Assembly: GCA_965637545.1 (NCBI GenBank)
Contig: OZ281494.1
Span: 16,740,001-16,804,000 of the forward strand
Reading direction: 5' to 3'
From: Phallusia mammillata
Lineage: Eukaryota
Length of the DNA: 64,000 bases
Part shown: positions 1-13,584 of the stretch, in pieces
Numbering within the stretch: the first letter of the stretch is position 1
Layout: each line of letters opens with the position of its first letter
Program-made: the position numbers and the translations under genes
The notes under the pieces: model-generated
Seen by the model: only the letters and a program-made list of their open reading frames with translations
What the model was told of the DNA's origin: nothing
Database searches by the model: none

Positions 1-12
1 CCGTTTTGATAG

Positions 13-3000
13 GAAATAAATTCAGAGGTTCTTGGACAACGCGACAACATAGAATCGACGAAGGAGCATTTCAACAGCCTATGCAGAAAGTTTCAGACAC
101 CAGAGCTAGTATCGGTACAAGAGAAGGTTTCTGGATTGACCACTAAATACGACGAGATTAGCAAGCTGTTGACAAAAGGTATACGAACTTTTTATTCTCA
201 AACTTTTTTTGCAACCAGTGCAACTGTAATGAGCAATTTATCAACTTGATTCTTAACTTGCAAACTAAGCTATACAACTGGCAATAATTTGTACGTTTAT
301 TTTTAGTAATGGACAACCTTGAAGGAAGTTTGGATGATGACTTTAATAATGCTGTAAAAGATTTCTATGCTTGGTTTCGCTCGGCAAAGGAGGCGGTTGG
401 CGCATGCGCAGACACATCTGGTGACGTTCCGGCCTTGGAAGAAAAACTGGAGGTAAAGTTGAGAAGCATTTTTACTTTAAACATTACTTCTGATGTGCAG
501 TGGTGGGTAAATAGGCATAGGAGTTTGAAATACTTTTCATGCTTTTTATTCGTCAATGCCGTGTGAAGAGCATAAATATATAAAAGTGGCCAGAAGAGCT
601 CTTTAAACTTGATATAAAGGGTATGTTCGTTTTTTAGCTGCACAAACAATTAATCAAACGTTTGTGTACAGAAACTTCAAAACTTCGTTGCCAAAATCGA
701 GGATGGCGAAAACCGTGTAAATAAGGTGCAAACCAGCGGTGAAACGTGTTGCGATGCTCAGCTTTCCAGAGCCAGTTCTGACTCGATTCAACAGCAAATG
801 CAGAACGTAAAAGACGAATGGCACGACTTTCTTGCCCAAGTACAGGTATTAACTTGCAGCACTTGTGTCTTTGCTTACAAACGTTTCATTTCTGTTCTAA
901 AAAATTGGGCCTTGTTGATGGGACGATACCAGGTTTTGAAGCGAGTATCGATACCGAGTACGAGTACCACGTGTATATACCTTCGATACCGAGTACCGAG
1001 TACCATTACCGAGCACTTAGGTGTAGTGTTATACTTAGTTGTATATCACTGGCTAATTTATCTGCCATGGTCGGGGTACAGGCATGCACATACACATGCC
1101 GAAAAATGTAATCTCCACGTGGTAGCGAAAAAGATATGCGTAAACCGGCGGAACTTTTTTTCCAATTTCGTGCTGTCGAAAGCAAATATTGGCATAACGT
1201 TGCCCGTATTCTTATGGTGTAAATCGTCCTTCGGTACTCGCACGTTGTTATCGAAAACTGAGACAAAATATTTCGATGCCGAGTACGAGTATCGATACCA
1301 CTGAAATCGTTCGATACCGAGTACCGAGTACCGGGTACTCGTCCCATCACTACAGTGTATCGATGGTCATTTAAGAAGAAAAATACATAATTGTTTGTAA
1401 ATGTGTATCTGATTCACAGGAGCAACGATCGAGCCTGGAGTCGTCCCTCGCTGTGCTAAGGTCACTGGAAGACAATCGTAAGGAACTTGCGAAGTCCCTC
1501 AAGGTCATCGAAAGATCGCTTCGAGAAGAGGAAGAACCGAAAGATAACTTGGATGAAAAGACTGAACAGCTTGAAACTATACAGGTAAAAAATGCTACAG
1601 TTGCTGCTTGTGCTTGGACGCAAAATTAATGCAAGACAAATTCAGTTGCAACATTCAGAACTAATGCAGAATTTATCTTTTAAGATGGGTTGCTTCAATC
1701 TTGATTTTCTTGTGCTCAGGTCGGTCATTATTATTCAGAGAAATTATCACACTCAGATCAATAAAAATCACAGTACGCCAGGTGTGCCGTGATCGCTGGT
1801 CTGCATCGACGCTTCAGGGCTGATCCCAGTTATGAATTTATGTTCATCTTAACAGATCAATAAAATTTAGGAATCCATTGTTTTGACAAGGTTAACAAAA
1901 CAATCTAAGTTCCTATACATATTTATACTTCCCCAGGCTTTAAATAAGGAGCTGAACGGAAAGAGCAAGCAAGTGGAAAATCTAATGCAACAAGCTCATG
2001 ATTTGGTCGAAGGAGATTCCTCACAAGCTGGCAGTGCTCGCAAGGCCCAACAACTTATTACAATGTATCATGGTCTATGCCGAAAAGTTAAAGTAAGTGA
2101 CGCTGTATAAAAAGGTGTTGACTTTAAGGCTGTAAACGTCCCCGGTTTGTTATTCCACAAACGAGTGTTCATTTTGCAATTATTTCTATTTTAGGAGCGT
2201 CTACGGCTTTGCGACCAAAGTGTTTCCGATCAGCGTCAGTATGATGAAGCCTTGGCAGCCAGCAAAAATTGGATTCAATCAGCAGTGTCCAAATTAGAAG
2301 GCTGTATTGAGGCTACACAACAGGCAGTGGATAAAAACGAACTCGAAGCGAGGTATGTACTTTGTGCTGTAAAAAAACACTGCACCAAGTACCATGCCAA
2401 GGGTGTTTATCGTACATATCTACCCAGTAGTAATTTTCTGTCAAATAAATTTATTACATAATCATATTTGTAATGCAGAATTCTAGACGTCCAAACTTTG
2501 ATGTCGTCTCAACAAGAAGGTGAAGTGAGGTTGAATGTAGCACTCGGCAAGGGAGAACGCGCCTCACAAACGTCAACCATTGACGGAAAACACAAAATCC
2601 ACGAGTAAGATGTCATTTTTTGCTTGTATAGTCTCGAGTTTCGAAAATGTTACACTTATATACATGCATAATTGGAACCACAAACGTAAAATGATTTCCT
2701 TATATGTCGCAACGGATTCGGAGCTTTATTGGTGTAACACTCGAGTGCAAAGAATGCAAGTTTAGACAGGTTATTTGCACTGTAGAATATCAACTCTTGC
2801 ATTATACAGTGACCTCACGGAGCTGAAAGAAAAATACGACAACCATAGCGACAAGCTAGTTGAGAGCAAAACTAAGCTTACCCAGCAGCTTAACGACTGG
2901 TTGCAATACACGCAATCACGTGACGACCTTGTATCCTGGTTGGACGAGAACGACGCTGTATATGCCGGACGACCTGCTTTAGCTGCTGACCTCAAAGACA

Positions 3001-6000
3001 AGGAAGCCCAATTGGAAAAATATAAGTATGGGTTTCAATTGATGTCAATTGCTTGTGGTAATCACTCTCCTTTTCTATTGTAATAAAAGTAAAGTCTTTA
3101 TTTTCAGCTTAAAATATTTTATCTATTAAAATAAGACATTTGAATATGACACTGACCATAGCTTTTGTAGCGAATTCAGTATGTCGTTACTAAGAAAGAT
3201 AATAGATTTGAACCTGGAAGCTTGAATTTAAAACTTTACGTTACCAATTTGATCAAGTATGTACATCGATATTTTGTACTTGTTTTCAGACTGATTGAGG
3301 TCGATGTTACGTCCAATGAGGAGATGATAGAGTCGTTACGCAGTAAAGCAACGCGACTTAATCAAAACGAAGATTTTCGGGTAACGACGTGACCATTGGA
3401 AATAAAAATATTTTTTCATATTTTCCCAACTTGGTTCCAGATGATAGAGGAGCGTTACAGACAAGTACGAGATAACGCAGCGGAGCGTGTCGGTCAGCTG
3501 ACCCAATGTGTCGAAGAGCACGCAAGTTACTACGATGCGTCACGTGATTTCATGGACTGGTCAAACTCGGCCAAGGAGGAGCTCGACCGTTGGTCTGACG
3601 TCACTGGTACGGACAAGGATGCTATTCAAAAGAAACTGCAAAAAGTTCAGGTATGTACAACATGCAGTAAGCTAAACTTAACGCTAACATTTTTAAGTCT
3701 ACTCCTGCTGTTTAATTGAAAACTATTGGAGGTTTACGATATTTCCCAACATGAGCCTTTAGAACAGTGTTTCTCAACCTTTTAGTTATCGCGTACCACT
3801 TGGTGACTTTTTTCTATTGTTACGTACCACCACATGGTTCGACCGAAAAATAGGCCTATTTTTCCGGACTCAGTTGGCAAATTGTCGAAACCATCGAGGA
3901 AGTAATTTCAACAGAATGTGCATGACACACGTTTTACCCAATACCAGGGGTGTCCAACTCGAAAACACCGCCGTGCCAATTTTAAACGTCTTTACGGTAT
4001 GGGCTCAATCCGAAAATTTTGTCAATATGTAAAACCCTTTTAATTATTAAGAAAAAAATATGTCGTCCAATGCGAGAAAACTTGTGTATGATACTCCAGA
4101 ACCCTTTCATTCCAAATATGCGACACAAGATACAAATAGTTTGCAACTGGGCTCAATAAAACGACCAATTTAATTAGTGGGTTTGTGTAACCTTGACTGA
4201 TATCTTTACTAAATTTAAATAAAGACCAAAAAGAATCAATAGAAAATAAATTAATTACCTGACCTGCCCAATACCAATGTAGTTCAGACTAGATACCACT
4301 TGGAAACCTTGATGGATAGGGATTGAAAGCCGACTCAATAGTGATTTGTTGATATTCGTGATCTGTCAATAAATTACCACTTGGAAAGCTTCCTTACCAC
4401 AGGTTGAGAACCACTGGTAAGATGGTATTGGTAAACTTGTATATTTCGTGCTGCAGAGTTTAAAGGCAACGCGGACCTATGGTCGTCAGAAGCTCGACAT
4501 TGCCATCGAAATTGGAAATCACGTGATCGCCGAGACTGCCGAAACCGGACGTGACGTTATAAGGACTGAAATGGAAAGGCAAGTCAAAAAAATACGTTTT
4601 TTAATGCAATCTTTCAAAAAATAGCATTTGATAGCGTTACTGTAGCTCATTTTCGTGCACAAAATTAATGAATAAAAGCACTACATTTAAAAAACATACT
4701 CGTGTAAAAGCTTTGAATGATAGTGTTACTATTTGACAATGTTTGTTTTTTCAGTTTGAAAGAAGAATGGAGGTCGTGGGATCGAACCCTAATTGAGACA
4801 GAAATATCTCTCGAATCTCGTCTTTCACAAGTCACAAAATATGAAGAGAGTTTTGAAATCGAAAGAGCTGCCCTCGCCGATGCGCTTGAACGGTTTCGGA
4901 TACGCTTAGATGACCTTGATGTAGATCAACTGGTTGACGCTGGTGCCTCTGTTGATGAAGTGGATGGACAGCAACAGCCACAAAACACTACTGCAACCCT
5001 TAAACAGTGCAAGGTACATTTCGATGGCTTTTAGACAACCATGTTTGTTTTAGTGATAAACTGCCACAATAGTAGGGTTTTGTGTTTGAAACATCAATGT
5101 CCCTGAAAAGCTTAGTACAATAGAAAATTAAATTCAGTGATACAGTATAAAATTTGTTGGTTTGTTACGAATACTGCTAAAATCTAACTTATGGGTTTAT
5201 TTGATACATTACCCACAAAAAAACACAAGTAAAATCAGAAGGAACTGATTATACGACTCTATTACCTTATGTAAGTTTTCATCAGCTTTGCCTTGCGTTT
5301 GTGCTCAGGGTTTTACAATCGGTATTTACACATGGATTTACACACTAATTACGTGCAGGTGATCAGCCAATCACTGAACGAGCTCCAGGAGTCGGTAGAT
5401 ACTCTCAAGGCGCGACTAAATACTATGTGCCGCACCTATCAGGGACCGGAAATCGACCAATTGTCGAAAAACGTCACTTCCGCCCTTCAGAGGTTTGCTA
5501 CAGATTTTTATATTTATCACAGAATTACTGTAATATGCCCAGTTTGTTTTACGTATTTAGAAACCAGTGAATAAATTTAGATCTCAACCTTTCAGGGTAC
5601 TAAAAATTAACCAAACTGTCATTAGATACGACGGTTATCGCTTAAAGTGCGACAAATGTCGCGTTAATTGTGAACGTGCGTTGAACGAGACGTTCCAAAG
5701 CTCGGTCCGGAAGTTTGACATTTGGCTTAAGTCGAAAAAAGACGCTGTGCACAAATACGGAGAGATTTCAGGCGACCGGGAGGTGGCGCAAGAGAGACTT
5801 GAACACTTGCAGGTGAGTTCAAAAAATGGTTTACTCAGTGGTTTTATTTCTAAACATTTGGTAACACAGCATAGACGTTATCAAACAAAGCAACACCTTT
5901 TTCAGTAGGCTAATGGCGAGCAAACTTATCGAAAAGTTACTTACTCTGGTTTAAAAGACACACCAATTTAATTTTTGTTTCGGAGGAAGTAGCTATTACA

Positions 6001-9000
6001 AGCTTGTTTGTCAAATGAACGCCCTCGTCTTTATGTAACTGCCCACTCTCATGTTTTAGCAAATTTTTGAGTTGTGTTTAAGATAAGTAATCAAAACACT
6101 CCAGTATGTGGGCGTATGTAATCTTCCTTTTCTTTGTAGGCTCTTCTCAGTGGCATTGAGCCTGGCCAAACAAAACTTAATGCAGTCATCAACACCAGCG
6201 AATGCCTTCTTGCAGTTGTGGGGACAGAAATATCGGTCACCGTTCGACAACAAAGCAAACTATGCAGAGACAACTGGCGCAATTTTTTAAACGCGCTACA
6301 GGTAAAAAAACAATTTCTAATTCTTTTCCAAGAAATTCCAAACTAGAATGTTTCGGCCGATTGAGAATAACTACAATGATGTTGATGTTCAAAACTACTG
6401 TTTGGAAATGGAAACATAACACATAGGCCGCTTAAGTCTGCAATATATTGTAAAAATTGTATCCTAACTTAAAGCATTGCATTTCAAGCAAACTGTGTTT
6501 TTTTGCCCACAAGGATCGGGAGCAAGGTGTACGTAATCACGTGGAACAACTGAAGGAATTCGATTCAAACGTGAATGAGATTACTGAATGGCTGCAAGAA
6601 GTGGAAGCGAAATTCGAAGCTGAATCTGGTTTAAAGGCCACAATTGGTTTGAAGAAGTCGCAACATAATGCCTTTCAGGTAAGCTAGAATTCGTCTATTT
6701 TTGAATGTAAAAATGCTTTTTCTGCATACTAACGCGAAGCGCAGAGTCGAATGTTTTAATTATTTTGCAGGAAACTGGTTTGCAAAACACAATTTTGTAA
6801 AAAATGAAACCACAATTTTTGTGTTCCGTAGCAAATTAGGCAAAAATATTCCTACATGCCCAAGACCTGGGATTGGTGTCATATTTGTTCAAAACTATTA
6901 CAGACGATTTAAAACCTTAAAATTAAAAAAATATATTATTTTTGTTTACTGTGGAAAAATTAAATGAATTATATTCATAATTAAAGTCACGCAGCACAAT
7001 AAAGTTTACTATTGACAAAACAAAAAGTTTGGTAAAACGTACATGATAGTAATTCCGACAGCTGCAGATTAATTTGTAAAGTCGCATGTGTAAGCAAAAC
7101 TAAATCAACTGGCCAGCGTACAGATATGTAATTTCGCTTTTAATTTTTTGGTTTTTAGGCACTTGGTGGTGACATTGCCGACCATCAGTACAAGTACGAA
7201 CGGATGAAGAGAAAAGCCCAGAAGCTTGGTTCCTCGCTCGAGTTGACCAGACTAAACCATTTAATTACCAGATACCACACTATAACCAAACAAGTGCAAG
7301 TAAGTATGTTGCAGATAAGTATGATCTGTGCTTGAGTAACAAATGCTCATGTCTATAACTTATTGTTTGAAGGTCTCTTTTTTAATGTAAATGGTGCTAT
7401 ATTGACAAAAAATTATAACGGACAGAACTATTTTAAACTTAGGAACTAAGTTTTTAGGATAGTTTTAATGGTATTTTTAATATTTAGTCTTAAGACTCCT
7501 AACCTTCAGCATTTGCACACAATTTTGCTTTCTAATACTGGTTAATGAACTTGCGCTTAGTAACTTTACTCATAACTATCGATGGTTCTAAATGGTAGTT
7601 TGGTGTTGATTTCATCTGTTGTACCTGCCTAAACTTTGTCAAGCTGCTTGTAATAAGTTAAACCCTATTCTTTAGGACGCATTAAAGCGTAGCGAACAAC
7701 ACGTGTCAGAGCACCAGGCCTACCAATCGGCGTTCACCGAATGTCAGGAATGGCTGAATGACTTCGGACATGGTTTAGAATCTTATTGTAACTTGGCCGG
7801 TGGAAAAATCATGTTGGAGCAGAGATTAAACAAACTCGATCAGTTGCTGGCATCGAGACAGGATGGCGAAATTAAGACCAATGTTATGCTGGGTGAGTTT
7901 CTATACATTTGAATTGGAGTTCAGACGATCAAAAACTTCCAGTTTCTAAAAATTGATGTTTTTAAATATCAAAACATTGGCAATGGTGCAGCAAAAGGTT
8001 TCGAGGGGGAAATGCAACGAAAGGGATAAAAGTTGCAGTGAATTGTATAGTCCACAGTATATACTAGTGTATTTTGGTCTCTAACCTTTTGTCTAGAACT
8101 GTTTACATATGCACGAAATATTTTTGCCCAGAACTGTTTAAATCTGCATGAGGCACATTCATAGCTTATCAACCACTCATATACCCGCGGTACCTTTCCC
8201 AAAGTTGAACGTTTACCGTTTAACAACAAATTTGGCTAAAATTTCACCAACTAGTTTATGTGTGTTAGGTCGGGGCGAAAAAATCTTGGAGTCAACCGCC
8301 GCTAAGGGGCGCCATGCAATCGAAAGTCAAATGCAGACTCTCCAAGATTTGTGGGTGAAATACTCTTCACAAGCTGAACAGTGGAGGTATGTATACTTGT
8401 GTGCAATCTTACGGAAAAGGAGTTAACTGTATCACGTGACACAGGGGCAAGCTGGCGACGTGCATTGCATTGTGGGAGGAATACGATGAATCGGTGAAGA
8501 GCGCGCAATCCTGGTTGGAACAAGCGGAGGAAAGCATTAAGAATGAGCGGGAAGCCAGAGCCAGCCAGGTACAGTTTAATGATCAAACACAATAAAACAG
8601 AGCTAAAGAATGGGCCCCATCGTCATCATTGCAACATAACGGCATTTCCATCCACTTCTGGTTCTATTTACCACAGACTGAAACATAAAGTAATGAAATT
8701 TTAAGTGCATTATAAAGTAACTGTTATAGATGTTGGTGCGATTATCATTGCTTTTTATTAAGCTTACGAAAGATGGTCCCGTTTACATTGGTTTCCACCT
8801 TTTTTTAACAGACTGCAGCACCAGATTCGACCTTCGCTGACTTAGAAAAGTGTCAGGCGCTTTACCGTGACGTAAAGCAACGATCGGCTGTGATTGAAAA
8901 AGCTCAAATGTGTGCAAACAAGATAGCTGAGAGCACTGGAGATGCGGGAGGCACAAGAGTGGACACAGCTGAACTTCGGGACCTGTATCAGGAAACACTA

Positions 9001-12000
9001 AATGCCGCACAAGGTAAAAAACGATTTGTTTATGTGAAATTCAAAGTTAAACGCCAGTCCAAAACCTGAAAACAGAGTTGTCGTAATTTGTGATACCAAG
9101 CAGGAAAATTTGGGAAATATAAGTATAGATAAACGGAATAAGTATGAAAAAAACACCAAATTTACGTGTTATGTAGTGTTGCAACTGTAATCGCAAAGTG
9201 TAGTAATAAGATATATACTACACTTAGTAGTGTTGCAACTTTAATCGCAACTGTACTGTAATAAGATATATATATGTATATATATGGAACACAGCTTATA
9301 TTGGTCGCTAAAAATATTAGATTTTAGCATTTTTTATCCTAAATGCTTTATTTGAAATCGCATTTTCCAAAAGATACCACAAAATTGTTGCCTGGTACCT
9401 TCTAATGCCAAGAAATATTTATGCTTTGACTGCAATGTTAGTTTTTCAACTGATTTTATGGTGATTGGCAGAACTTCTTGATGAAGTGGAAAGTGCAGCG
9501 GAATCGGCTAAATCGTATCATCAAGCTTTGCACATCTTTACTGACTGGTTTTCCGGAAAACCTGTTGAATTATTCCGTCTGTCTGATCAAACCGGAGGCA
9601 AAGACAAACTGGATGAGAACCTAAAGGTGAGATTATGGACCTTTGACAGCCTGTTATGTCCAATATGTGTTCAATAAATACTGGCGTTGGAAAAACGTAG
9701 CAAACACACTATCGCATAATTAGCACTAGATTGGCCCAAGAATTGCAGATAACACCCTTCTGTGTTTTATCGCAATGAAAAAGGCATTTGATGAAAGGTG
9801 AATTTAAGAGCGTATATAACTTGTTAAATAACTTGTTAAACGCAGAGGAATTCTTCGTGTAGTAATTGTACAGTTAGTTAATGTTGACCACTTTTCCACC
9901 GTACAAATGTTCGAAGTGTGGTTTGTAGCTTTTTACCTCTTTAATTTGTTATTTAGACTTTGCAGCAAATCGAGAAGGAAATACCTGAAGGTGAAGAAAA
10001 ACTGAAGCAAGCGTTTAATGCCGGCAAAAAAAGCAGCTCGGATAAAACGGTCAAGCTACAACTACAGGTAACCACAATAAGTTATAACACATATCATTTT
10101 TTCAAGCGTTTTATGGGCGCTGCAGCAAACCACTCAGGACAAACTTCATTTGATTATGTTGTTTAGTAGGTTTTCTTTTTATATTGACTAACTCCCACAA
10201 GATTTTTTAAACCAGACCACTTTGCCTATAGACTACAACCAATTGCCCACAAAATTTATGATTGATTTTTTTATCTTTTCCAATCCGGTTGCCGTCTCAG
10301 TTTATTTACTGTGCCGACTGTAAATCTCTATCTTGTGTTTGTCTAACTCGAGAAATTGAATTCGTTATATCATGTATAACGACCAAAGGTCGGGGTGCCA
10401 TAACTTTCAGTGCCTAAGTAAATATTTTTAACCACAGAATTTAAGAGAAGAATGGAACAACTACCGCAAATCTTTAACGGACACCGTCAGTCAAACTCGC
10501 AAGCTAATCGATGAGTTGGAACGATATGACAAAATATGCGCTGGCTTTCAGGACTGGCTCAATGCCATGGAACAATGTCCTGACAATGAGGTACTAAAAT
10601 AGTTTTATTGAGTTTTACTTTATTGGTGCGCTGTGTGTTATTTATCATCAATGACTTTGTATACTTTAGTGCTTGTATATATGCAAGTGGTTTGGGGCTT
10701 TGCATGAAGTAACTATTTTAATTTTTGGATGTTATGAAACTGGTTAATGTGTCCTTTCGTTTCAAATGTTGTAGCGTAATGCGTTTATTTAAAAAAAAAA
10801 CTAATTGCTGAAGAAATGAAAACAATTTTGAAGAATTATGTCCACGTATCCAACCATGTAAACAAATGTATTTTCTACAGTGGCTATTATTTGATACTGG
10901 CCGTGATATTGCAAGTTTGTGAAGTGTATATGTCTTGTTAAGGTTTCACTTACCGGGAATCTGCAAGAAAACCGTGAATCTACCGAGAGATTTCGGCATT
11001 ATACTGATGAAATAGCAAATAACCGTCACAAGCTCGAGAAACTCAATAAGGCTGCTCAGAGTCTACTGGAATCGTGTGCGCCCTCAGATGGAAGCATGAG
11101 CAAGCAGGTTACAACTCTTTAACTTTTAAGTTAACTTTTCGTGGCTATTAAAATGGTATGTGATTTGCATTTTTATGGAAACAAAATTAGGGTGAGAGTA
11201 CCAGGTTTACAAAAACTGGTCTAAGATTGTTTTCACACATGAGATTAAGTTCGGTTGAAGCAATGTCATTTCAGCTTTTGCCTAAGACAACGCAAAAAAT
11301 AGGGTCAGATTTATCCTAGTCATTACAAGCAACTATAAATGATGTATACAAGCTTTATCTAAAACAGGGGTTCTTAAACTGGGGGGCGCGCCCCCCTAGG
11401 GGGGCGTGAAGGGTTCGCAAGGGGGGCGCAGCACATTACGACAGCAAAGTTTTCACTTGCAAACAATTGTAAATGAATGCATTGGAATAATGTGGGCGCT
11501 GATTTCGAACCTATTGTTTGAAGTAAACGCTTCATTACTCTGAAATGGAAGTCCAGTTGAGATACGCCAAGATACGGCCTTTTTAAAAACCCATTTAAAA
11601 TCTATTAAATAGTATAGTTAGTCTCATCCTACAAGGAATTCTTGTATATTACGTCACAAGTAGCACAATAAAGCAATTGTTTGCGCACAATTAACACTTT
11701 TTGTTTTGTCTGTGACGTTATAAACTGGCTTCGGATCAATCCTTGGCGTTGCAATCCTATGAAAGTCGGTAATGTTAATTTTACATGTCGTAACAGTAAA
11801 CTTTCGTAAGGATTAGATTAATTTTTGCCAGTAACAAAGGGGGGCGTGAGAAAAAATAAATTGTGTCAAGTGGGGCACGACCGAAAAAGTTTAAGAACCC
11901 CTGATCTAAAACGTTTGTCAACATTAAAACACGCAACTTACAACTTAAATACACTTTTTTATTTATCTGTATTTTCGCTAGGTGACGCAGTTAAGCTCAC

Positions 12001-13584
12001 GCTACCAGTCGTTATTGATGAAATGCAAAAGTCGCTTGAGGTCATACCAGAGTGCAGTGCAAATTCAAGCTGATTACCAGGAGCAAAGCGACGAATTTGA
12101 CCAGTGGCTAACAACAGCCACCGATCGCTTTGCAGTGTATGTGTCCCCAGCAACTGCTCACCCCGACACAACTGAGGTAAGTTATCGTTCTACAATTTAC
12201 AAGAAAAACCGTTCATAATTCATGGTATAGGATTTCGCTTAAACATGTCACGTAAAACAAAACATAAATAAACTTTATACTGGCGATCCCCTACTACAAA
12301 GCTGACATGTACAGTATACGAGGCAGGCAATGGTGCCTGTGATTCGACTTTCGGCGGGTTACCACTGAGCCTGTGTAACTCAGTTGGTAGAGCGCGATTC
12401 CCGAATCGGCTCCTGACGTGGGTTCGAATCCCACCGTAGATTTTTCTAGCCTTGGCCTGTTTGTGATAACCCGGCGTATTTTGACTCGAGTTTTTAAACG
12501 TTGCATTTTACTGAGTCAAATTTGCTATTTATTCTTGTTTAAAAATGATGACTGGTTTAGTTTTCCACTAAGTTACAGATACAATGTACTTCATGTCCTG
12601 TATACGAGTACATGATAAGGTTTTGCGACCGGCGCTTTTAAAAAAAATATTTTGACAAGTTTCCGACAACGTTTTGCCAAAATATGTTTTTTTTTCTCCA
12701 AATTATCCAGGAGCGGTGCGAGAAGCTTGATGATCTTTTAGTTGAATTTGAATCGAAGAAAGTTCAACTGTCACAAATATCGGAAAAGTCTAACAAACTG
12801 ATCCAGGCTCTCGGTTCTGAATATCAGCCACAAATCAGCGAGCAAACATCGACTCAACAAGACGATTTTCAGGTACTTTGTCATTTTATTGCAGCAAACA
12901 TTTATATGCAGGACACTTTTCAACTTTTTTTTCTGTATCACAGGAGTTGTATGCCCGAATTCAGACTGCTCAACGAACCATGCGACGTACGCTCCATCTC
13001 CAGAAGGAATACAGTAACGCTCTGGAGGCCCTGAAAAGCTGGCTCTCCGATGCTATGTCAAAAGTTGACAACAAACCTGAGATGAAATACGAACTGTTTG
13101 AAAAGAAAGCCCAGCTTGCAAGGTAATATTTCTTAAAACACAATGATTAGTTTCTTTTTAAGTGTTGTATTGATTTGAATTACTGTTTTTTTCTGTTTTG
13201 GCATTGATTTAAGATTTCTTTTTCACAATGTTTTTATGTGAAATTGTAGATACGTGGGATACCAGGAAGACATTGGTAAACACCAGGAGGCGTTGCGTGA
13301 CGTCGCCTACAAGTCGGACCGGTTACCAGCACAATCTCGCGATCCGCGTGACGTTGAACAAGCAAATGAAAAATACCAACGGGTGGCGCACTTGTGTCAA
13401 CAACGAATTGATGAGCTGAAAACTAAGGTACGTATGTTTGATTCTTGCATTTTTACTGTGTGTTTTTTTACCACCTCGATTCTCCGTTTAGGTGAAATCT
13501 CACCAGGAATACCACGACGCAGTGCAGTCAGCAGAGAAATGGTTGCTGGGAAAATCATCTCAGATAATGATGGTCTCTTCACAG
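13..13584 (+). CDS. SYNE1: Nesprin spectrin-repeat exons, block 1
   Basis: Hand-mapped, phase-consistent exons: 13-178, 307-452, 672-845, 1420-1584, 1937-2092, 2195-2352, 2479-2604, 2786-3025, 3290-3380, 3441-3650, 4457-4578, 4755-5013, 5359-5492, 5626-5812, 6140-6301, 6514-6678, 7159-7299, 7676-7892, 8269-8386, 8445-8568, 8812-9013, 9472-9626, 9957-10067, 10438-10590, 10943-11107, 11982-12176, 12711-12872, 12944-13122, 13250-13427, 13492-13584. Confidence 0.85.

Noticed and set aside
726-1350. 192-aa (+) and 114-aa (-) ORFs
   Set aside because: Read-through from a real exon into an intronic repeat element; the repetitive STEY/VPST peptides come from the GATACCGAGTAC motifs.
12369-12445. Functional tRNA gene
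   Set aside because: The anticodon loop is only 4 nt, the acceptor stem is mismatched, and a degenerate sibling copy is nearby; treated as a SINE or pseudo-tRNA.
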